64,000 nt of DNA, taken from an uncultured Chloroflexota bacterium (lineage in GTDB: Bacteria; Chloroflexota; Chloroflexia; Chloroflexales; Chloroflexaceae). The position numbers were made by a program, and so were the translations under genes. The stretch spans positions 1,556-65,555 of the forward strand of contig CAKZKA010000267.1 in assembly GCA_937120965.1 (NCBI GenBank). Reading direction: 5' to 3'. Positions within the stretch are counted from its first letter, which is position 1. The number at the start of each line of letters is the position of its first letter. Positions 58,610 to 64,000 of the stretch are shown here, one piece after another. The notes under the pieces were generated by a model. That model saw only the letters and a program-made list of their open reading frames with translations. It ran no database searches and was not told where the DNA came from.

Positions 58610-59395
58610 TTAATCGAGCAGGGCAGCCGCGCCATCACGCTCGGCTCGCTCATCCTTCAGCGCGACGCCGCTCAGTTTGAGCCGTCGCGCTTCGCTCATC
58701 AGATAGATCAGGGTCTGGGCGGCGGCATCGTAACTCTGACCGCGGGCATGGATGTTGGAAATGCAGTTGCGTTCGGCATCGGTGCGCCCGGGGCGCGGAT
58801 CGTAGGTGAGATACACTCCCAGGCTATCGGCGACGCTCAGACCCGGGCGTTCACCGATCAGGATAGCAGCCTGCCGGGCGCGAAGCAGGCTCCCGATCTC
58901 GTCGGCGATGGCCACACGGCCCTGATGCACCACGACAATCGGCGCCAGGCGCCAGCCCAGGCCCTGCAGGGCTCCGGCTACACGGGTGGCAAGGGGCACG
59001 GCGTGGCGGTGCACTGCGAGGGCCGAGAGACCGTCGGCGATGACCAGGACGGCGTCGTAGGCGTCCCCGTCGGCGGGGGCGTGGGGAGGAAGGGCCGCCC
59101 GCGACGCCTCGCTCAGACGCCGGCCCAGGTCGGGGCGCTTCAGATAGGTTGACCGGTCAGGGGCGGCGCTGTGAACGATCAGCACGGGCAGATCGGTAGC
59201 GGCTGCGGCGGCGGCCACGCCTGCGGCGTCAAAGGGCAGATGTACGGCGTCACGGGCGCGGGCGTGGTCGTACTGAAAGGCCAGTTGGGCAGCGGTGGGC
59301 AGGCTATCGCCGGCCCGCCCCAGGGCGATGCGGGCGTTGGTGTAGCGGCGCAACCCCTGCCACAGGTCGGCAGAGGGTAGTGTTTCGTCAGACAC
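58610..59395 (-). CDS. eutC: Ethanolamine ammonia-lyase light subunit
   Basis: GTG at 59395 lies 6 nt after GAGGAGG. TNARIALGRAGDSLPT, LKRPDLGRRL, IGERPGLSVADSLGVYLTY, ERNCISNI. Confidence 0.85.
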   Translation of the reverse strand: MSDETLPSADLWQGLRRYTNARIALGRAGDSLPTAAQLAFQYDHARARDAVHLPFDAAGVAAAAAATDLPVLIVHSAAPDRSTYLKRPDLGRRLSEASRAALPPHAPADGDAYDAVLVIADGLSALAVHRHAVPLATRVAGALQGLGWRLAPIVVVHQGRVAIADEIGSLLRARQAAILIGERPGLSVADSLGVYLTYDPRPGRTDAERNCISNIHARGQSYDAAAQTLIYLMSEARRLKLSGVALKDERAERDGAAALLD

Positions 59396-59439
59396 AGGGA
59401 ACCTCCTCGGCGAGAGGCGCCATTCGTGGAACGTACAAC

Positions 59440-59645
59440 ACCTCCCCACAGGCAGGGGCGTGAGGAAACCCGGTTTCCCCCTATGTTCACCTCAGTCATC
59501 CATGCGGCTGCGCCGCACAATGCCAGAATGAAAATATTTGTTCTTGGGAGGGCTTCGCCCTCCCAAACCCTCCCCGCTGGCGGGTTGTTTCCTGGGAGGG
59601 CGAAGCCCTCCCAAACCCTCCCGTACACGGCCTATTTTCACATCA
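59440..59645 (-). repeat. Composite repeat exactly filling the eutB-eutC spacer
   Basis: Palindrome at 59462-59480. TATGTTCACCTCAG. TCATCCATGCGGCTGCGCCGCACAATGCC. Two reverse H units. CTATTTTCACATCAG, whose TCA is the complement of the eutB stop. Confidence 0.9.
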
Positions 59646-61040
59646 GACACGCGCGCTGGCGAGCCGAGCCACTTCCCGGAGCAGGCGAGGCTGCTCACGC
59701 GGAGCCAGGCGTCCATCAGGCTCGATGATACCCATCGCGATAAGCCAGGCTTCAAACTCCGGGGCGGGTCGCAGGCCCAGGGTGGTTTGCACGAAGCGCA
59801 CATCGTGGTACGAGGTGCTCTGGTAGTTGAGCATCACATCATCGGCGCCGGGCACGCCCATAATGTACGCGCAGCCGGCCACTCCCAACAGTACCAGGAG
59901 GTTGTCCATATCGTTCTGGTCGGCTTCGGCGTGGTTCGTGTAGCAGGCATCGCAACCCATCGGCACACCCATCAGGCGACCGCAGAAGAGATCTTCGAGC
60001 GCGGCGCGGATGATCTGCTTGCCATCGTAGAGGTATTCAGGGCCAATGAAACCAACCACGGTGTTGACCAGCAGCGGCTCAAAGTGGCGAGCCACCGCGT
60101 AGGCGCGGGCCTCACAGGTTTGCTGGTCAACACCATGATGAGCATTGGCCGAAAGGGCGCTGCCCTGACCGGTTTCAAAATACATCACGTTATCGCCGAT
60201 GGTGCCGCGCCCCAGGGCCAGCGCGGCGGCGCGCGCCTCGCGCAACAGGGCCAGATCGATCCCGAATGAGCGGTTGGCAGCTTCGGTGCCGGCAATTGAC
60301 TGGAAGACCAGGTCCACCGGGGCATGGCGTTCGATAGCCGTAATCTGGGTGGTGACGTGGGCCAGTAATGAGGACTGGACAGGGATGGCGTAGCGCTGGC
60401 GCAGGTCATCAATCAGCTCAAGCAGGGCTATCACGGCCTGCGGGCTATCGGTAGCGGGATTGATGCCGATCACCGCATCGCCGCAGCCGTGGAGCAGGCC
60501 GTCGAGGATCGAAGCGGCGATGCCGCGGGGATCGTCAGTGGGATGGTTGGGCTGGATGCGCGACGAGAAGCGCCCGGGCAGCCCGATCGTCGTGCGAAAG
60601 CGCGTCACCACACGGCACTTGCGGCTGATAGCCACCAGATCCTGGTTGCGCATGATCTTCGACACCGCAGCGGCCATCTCGGGCGTGATGCCGGGGGCCA
60701 GGGCGGCCAGAGCTGTATCGTCGGTCGCATAGGACAGCAGCCATTCGCGGAAAGCGCCCACGGTGAGGCTGCTGACGGGGGCAAAGGCAGCGCGATCGTG
60801 GGTGTCAAGGATCAAGCGCGTCACTTCGTCGTCCTCGTAGGGGATCAGCGGTTCCTCGAGGAAGGTGGTCAGCGGCACATCGGCCAGGCACAGTTGGGCA
60901 GCAACCCGTTCTTCGGCGCTCTCGGCAGCCAGACCGGCGAGCTGGTCGCCTGAGCGTTCAGGAGTGGCCTTTGCCATGAGCGTCTTGAGATCGTCGAACT
61001 GGTAGGTGCGTCCGCCGAGAGTTCGGGTGTAGGGCGCCAT
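59643..61040 (-). CDS. eutB: Ethanolamine ammonia-lyase heavy subunit
   Basis: MAPYTRTLGGRTYQFDDLKTLMAKATPERSGDQLAG is the typical EutB N-terminus. 465 aa. The stop TGA is embedded in the repeat motif CTGATGTGAAAAT. Confidence 0.9.
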   Translation of the reverse strand: MAPYTRTLGGRTYQFDDLKTLMAKATPERSGDQLAGLAAESAEERVAAQLCLADVPLTTFLEEPLIPYEDDEVTRLILDTHDRAAFAPVSSLTVGAFREWLLSYATDDTALAALAPGITPEMAAAVSKIMRNQDLVAISRKCRVVTRFRTTIGLPGRFSSRIQPNHPTDDPRGIAASILDGLLHGCGDAVIGINPATDSPQAVIALLELIDDLRQRYAIPVQSSLLAHVTTQITAIERHAPVDLVFQSIAGTEAANRSFGIDLALLREARAAALALGRGTIGDNVMYFETGQGSALSANAHHGVDQQTCEARAYAVARHFEPLLVNTVVGFIGPEYLYDGKQIIRAALEDLFCGRLMGVPMGCDACYTNHAEADQNDMDNLLVLLGVAGCAYIMGVPGADDVMLNYQSTSYHDVRFVQTTLGLRPAPEFEAWLIAMGIIEPDGRLAPREQPRLLREVARLASARV

Positions 61041-61069
61041 AACTCCTCCTGGGACGGTGATGCAGTGAG

Positions 61070-61345
61070 TCTGGGGAAACCCGGTTTCCCCATATGTTCA
61101 CGTCAAGATCGGATGCGGCTGCACCGCGCAATGAAAGGATGAAAACTGATTTATTTTTGGAAGAGCTAAGCCTTCCCAACTCCTCCCCTCAGACAGGGGC
61201 GTGGTTCGGCAAGCTCACCACAGGTGGGGAAACCCGGTTTCCCTATGTCCCAACCGCCGTTGAGGGCGCCTGGCACCTCCACAGGCAGGGGTGCGGTTCG
61301 ACAGGCTCACCGCAGGTGGGGAAACCCCATTTCCCCGTATTTTCA
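61070..61345 (-). repeat. Composite repeat in the eat-eutB spacer
   Basis: Palindromes at 61073-61091 (perfect), 61226-61244 and 61318-61336. Two GGTTCG(G/A)CA(A/G)GCTCACC(A/G)CAGGT modules. ATGTTCACGTCAAG and ATTTTCACCTCAG. Confidence 0.85.
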
Positions 61346-61466
61346 CCTCAGGAAACAACCCATCGTGGCGAAGGTGGGGAAGCGGGAGCAAGACGCAGCT
61401 ACTGGCTGCCGGAGGGGTAACCAGATTTCCCCTCTGGCAGCCAGCTTCGTGGCGAGCGGCAAACCG

Positions 61467-62963
61467 TCAAACGTGCTTCAGTTCGCGCTCGGCCTCGGCG
61501 ATCAGCGCCGCTTCCTCCTCGGGCGCCTGGGCCACAAGACGCTTGCGGCTGTAGAAGAAGTAGTAAGCCACCATCACCGCCATAAAGATCGCCGTCCCGA
61601 TCACGCCGGGCCGGTTAGCCTCGATCGCCATCGTGGCGAAGAGGGAAAGCACGGCCAGAACCGTGCCGACCACCGCCCCTGGCACCCCGAGGGGGCTCTT
61701 GTAGGGGCGGTGCAGGTTAGGACGGGTGATCGCCAGCTTGATGTACGAGAGCATGACCAGCGCGTAGGAGATCACCGCGCCGAAGACGCTCATCGTTAAC
61801 AGGGCCGCGCCGACACTGCTGCCGCTGCCGAGGAGATCGATCAGCAAAGCCAGCACCAGACCAACCACACCGCCGAGGACCAGCGCCCGGGCCGGGGTAT
61901 GGCGCGCGCCGGTAACGGAAATCCAGCGCGGGATATAGCCGGCGCGGGAGAGGGAGAAGAGCACTCGCCCGTAGGCATAGATGATGGTATGGAAGCTCGC
62001 CACCAGACCCGTGAGCGCCACCAGGGTCAACACGATCGTCGTGGCGCCGGCGCCAAAGATGGCGCGGAAGCCGATCTCCAGCGGCGCCGCCGATTCGCCG
62101 ACCTCGGCCGCGCCGCCACCCACGCCGGAGTTGAGCACCAGGGTCAGCAGCGAGAGCGCCAGCAGGGTGAGCAGGCCCCAGATCAGCGCTTTGGGAATGT
62201 CGCGCACCACATCGTGGCTCTCCTCCGCGGCCAGCGGGAGTTGCTCAATCGCCAGGTAGAACCAGATGGCGAAGGGGAGGGCCGCGAACACACCGTACCA
62301 GCCAAAGGGGAGGAAGGCGCTGTTCCCCGGTGCAGGCTCGATGTTGAACACCAGATCCCAGCTAAACGCTCCTGACGCAACCGCGCCGATGTAGAACACC
62401 ACCAGCGTGCCGATCGCCAGGAGGGTGACGATCAGGCCGACGCGCAGCGTGAGGGCCGTGCCGAGCACGTTGATGCCGACGAAGACGGCATAGAACACCA
62501 CCCACCAGACGTAGAGCGGCACGAAGGAGAAAATGGTCTGCATATAGGCCGCGATGGAGGTGACAATCACGGCAGGAGTGACAACGTACTCGATGATGTC
62601 AGCTACACCATTTACGAACCCAAGTGTCGGCCCAAAGGCATTGCGGGTGAACGAGTAGAAACCGCCGGCGTGGGGCAGGGCCGCGGAGAGTTCAGCGATC
62701 GAGTAGACCATGCACAGGTACATCACCGCCACGACGAAGGTGGCGAGCAACAGACCACCAAAGCCACCCGCCGATAGCCCATAGTTCCAGCCGAAGAAAT
62801 CGCCGGAGATCACCGCGCCGACGCCCAGGGCCCATAGCAGCACCCAGCCAGCGCTCTTGCGCAGGCGGCGCTGCGCCAGATACTCTGCGCCCACCTGCTC
62901 GTAGGTTACTCCTCCGACATCGACCTGTGCCTTTCCACCGAGCGCCTGCGGATTCTCAGCCAT
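61467..62963 (-). CDS. eat: Ethanolamine permease (APC superfamily)
   Basis: WALGVGAVISGDFFGWNYGLSAGGFGG and SIAELSAALPHAGGFYSF are Eat-type motifs. 12 TM helices. It lies upstream of eutBC on the same strand. Confidence 0.8.
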   Translation of the reverse strand: MAENPQALGGKAQVDVGGVTYEQVGAEYLAQRRLRKSAGWVLLWALGVGAVISGDFFGWNYGLSAGGFGGLLLATFVVAVMYLCMVYSIAELSAALPHAGGFYSFTRNAFGPTLGFVNGVADIIEYVVTPAVIVTSIAAYMQTIFSFVPLYVWWVVFYAVFVGINVLGTALTLRVGLIVTLLAIGTLVVFYIGAVASGAFSWDLVFNIEPAPGNSAFLPFGWYGVFAALPFAIWFYLAIEQLPLAAEESHDVVRDIPKALIWGLLTLLALSLLTLVLNSGVGGGAAEVGESAAPLEIGFRAIFGAGATTIVLTLVALTGLVASFHTIIYAYGRVLFSLSRAGYIPRWISVTGARHTPARALVLGGVVGLVLALLIDLLGSGSSVGAALLTMSVFGAVISYALVMLSYIKLAITRPNLHRPYKSPLGVPGAVVGTVLAVLSLFATMAIEANRPGVIGTAIFMAVMVAYYFFYSRKRLVAQAPEEEAALIAEAERELKHV

Positions 62964-63219
62964 AACCGGACTCCTCCTACCATGCCATGCTCAGACCAGA
63001 ACAAACGCGCATACCTGGACCAACGCACGGCTCCGACGCGCGATACACTGATCGGCGTCTGACCGCACACCAGCCACAGGCTGGAGGCGGCACTGTAAAG
63101 CTGCCGCGCGCATAAACGGCAGCGCATCCAGGCAGCATGCGACCGGGGCAAGGCTATGCCCACCCGCTGCATTGAAGGAGTCGCGGTCGCTCGTCACACA
63201 TGCTGGGGAAAGTACTTTA

Positions 63220-63248
63220 ACTGTACCGGATCGGGAACAGCTTGTCAA
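63220..63248 (-). promoter_or_regulatory. Sigma70-like promoter candidate (TTGACA-17-TACAGT) for eat-eutBC
   Basis: On the minus strand, TTGACA is the complement of 63243-63248 and TACAGT the complement of 63220-63225. This predicts a leader of about 250 nt. Confidence 0.4.
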
Positions 63249-63347
63249 GCAACGTGGGAGTGCGGGCAGCGTGCCCTCGAACGCTGACCGGGGCGGGACG
63301 ACCGCGCTCCCGGGCTTGCGTGGTTACCCCAACGCCGAACGCATAGC

Positions 63348-64000
63348 TCATCCGCGCTTGCGCCGCACGAGGATGCGGTAGCAGAAGAGGAAAAGCACGC
63401 TGCCGCCGCTGGCCCAGTAAAGTCCCTGGATCCAGGGATTTGCGCTGTCGGTGCCGCTGAAGATGCCGTGAAGCAGCGCCAGGGCGAACAGCGCGAAGCT
63501 CAGGAAGTGAATCAGCCGCCACGCGCTGCGCCCCATCCACGCCTTGACGTAGAAGCTCAGACCGACCAGGGCCAGCAGGTACAACCCGATCTGGCCGAGG
63601 CCGACCCAGAGGGGTTGGTGGTCAGCATAGGCAAAGGGAACCAGAATCTGACGCAGGTCGGCCTGGATGTAACGATCACCCAGCAGAATGAGGGCGTGGA
63701 ACAGCGCAAAGGCCAGCCCCAGCAGACTGGTATGCTGGTGGAGATCGAAGGCAACCGGTCCCCCTGGCCAGAGACGGGCCAGCCGGCTGGTCATCATCAG
63801 TCCAGCGAGCATGGAGAGCCAGAGCAAGACGTAGGCGACCATGGCGCTGCTGCGGGCCAGGTACCAGTAGGCATGCGGCGCATCGCCCAGCAGGGAAGCG
63901 CTCAGGGCCGGCAGCCAGGCAGGCAAGAGAAAGACTGCGCCGAGGGCGCCGGCAACCGTGGCGGCGAGGAGGCTGAGCAAGGCGGGCAGAGAGATGGCCG
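63348..64000 (-). CDS. Ferric-reductase-like transmembrane (MsrQ/YedZ-like di-heme) protein, probably continuing beyond the window end
   Basis: Six TM helices with conserved His pairs (FDLHQHTSLLG..FALFHALILL; LIHFLSFALFALALLHGIF). The reading frame stays open and hydrophobic to position 64000. Confidence 0.55.
   Translation of the reverse strand, partial: AISLPALLSLLAATVAGALGAVFLLPAWLPALSASLLGDAPHAYWYLARSSAMVAYVLLWLSMLAGLMMTSRLARLWPGGPVAFDLHQHTSLLGLAFALFHALILLGDRYIQADLRQILVPFAYADHQPLWVGLGQIGLYLLALVGLSFYVKAWMGRSAWRLIHFLSFALFALALLHGIFSGTDSANPWIQGLYWASGGSVLFLFCYRILVRRKRG

Noticed and set aside
62964-63212. An AdoCbl (cobalamin) riboswitch in the eat leader.
   Set aside because: I could not find the conserved GGGAA...GGTG core or a B12 box on the sense strand. 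It is kept only as an unexplained long leader and needs cmsearch to settle.

Overview
This is a GC-rich bacterial chromosomal segment (GC content not computed). Its gene content and protein signatures remind me of Chloroflexota, but that is inference only. I support about 45 protein genes. They include a complete 14-gene nuoA-N operon (22134-38966), a prpE-like gene plus acs, lysA, tgt, an icd with a C-terminal CBS-pair fusion, an eat-eutB-eutC ethanolamine module, comEC, nth, a cytoplasmic HisKA_3 kinase with a NarL-type regulator, a CYTH gene next to an HD-CHAD gene, and several secreted or membrane proteins. I recognised no rRNA, tRNA or CRISPR array by eye. There is one intact-looking IS481-family insertion sequence (54554-55558) with a perfect 6-bp target duplication and a transposase split at an A7 run.

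The outstanding feature is non-coding. Almost every intergenic gap longer than about 100 bp is filled with a mosaic of short structured repeat families; these gaps total roughly 9 kb by my hand tally, and six of them lie inside the nuo and eut operons. The families are:
(i) a 19-bp perfect palindrome GGGGAAACC(C/G)GGTTTCCCC, at least 30 copies;
(ii) about 48-bp units carrying a G-quadruplex consensus GGGAGGGTTTGGGAGGG fused to a GGGAGGGC-N4-GCCCTCCC hairpin, often in tandem;
(iii) a conserved terminal motif CTGAGGTGAACAT that supplies the stop codon of about 10 genes;
(iv) a ~105-bp hairpin element, 3 copies;
(v) a 102-bp TIR element with TNA target-site duplications, 6 copies. Two of these are inserted inside other repeats, which gives empty-site evidence that it is or was mobile.

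Many entries in the supplied ORF track are translations of these repeats or GC-driven antisense ORFs, and I rejected them.
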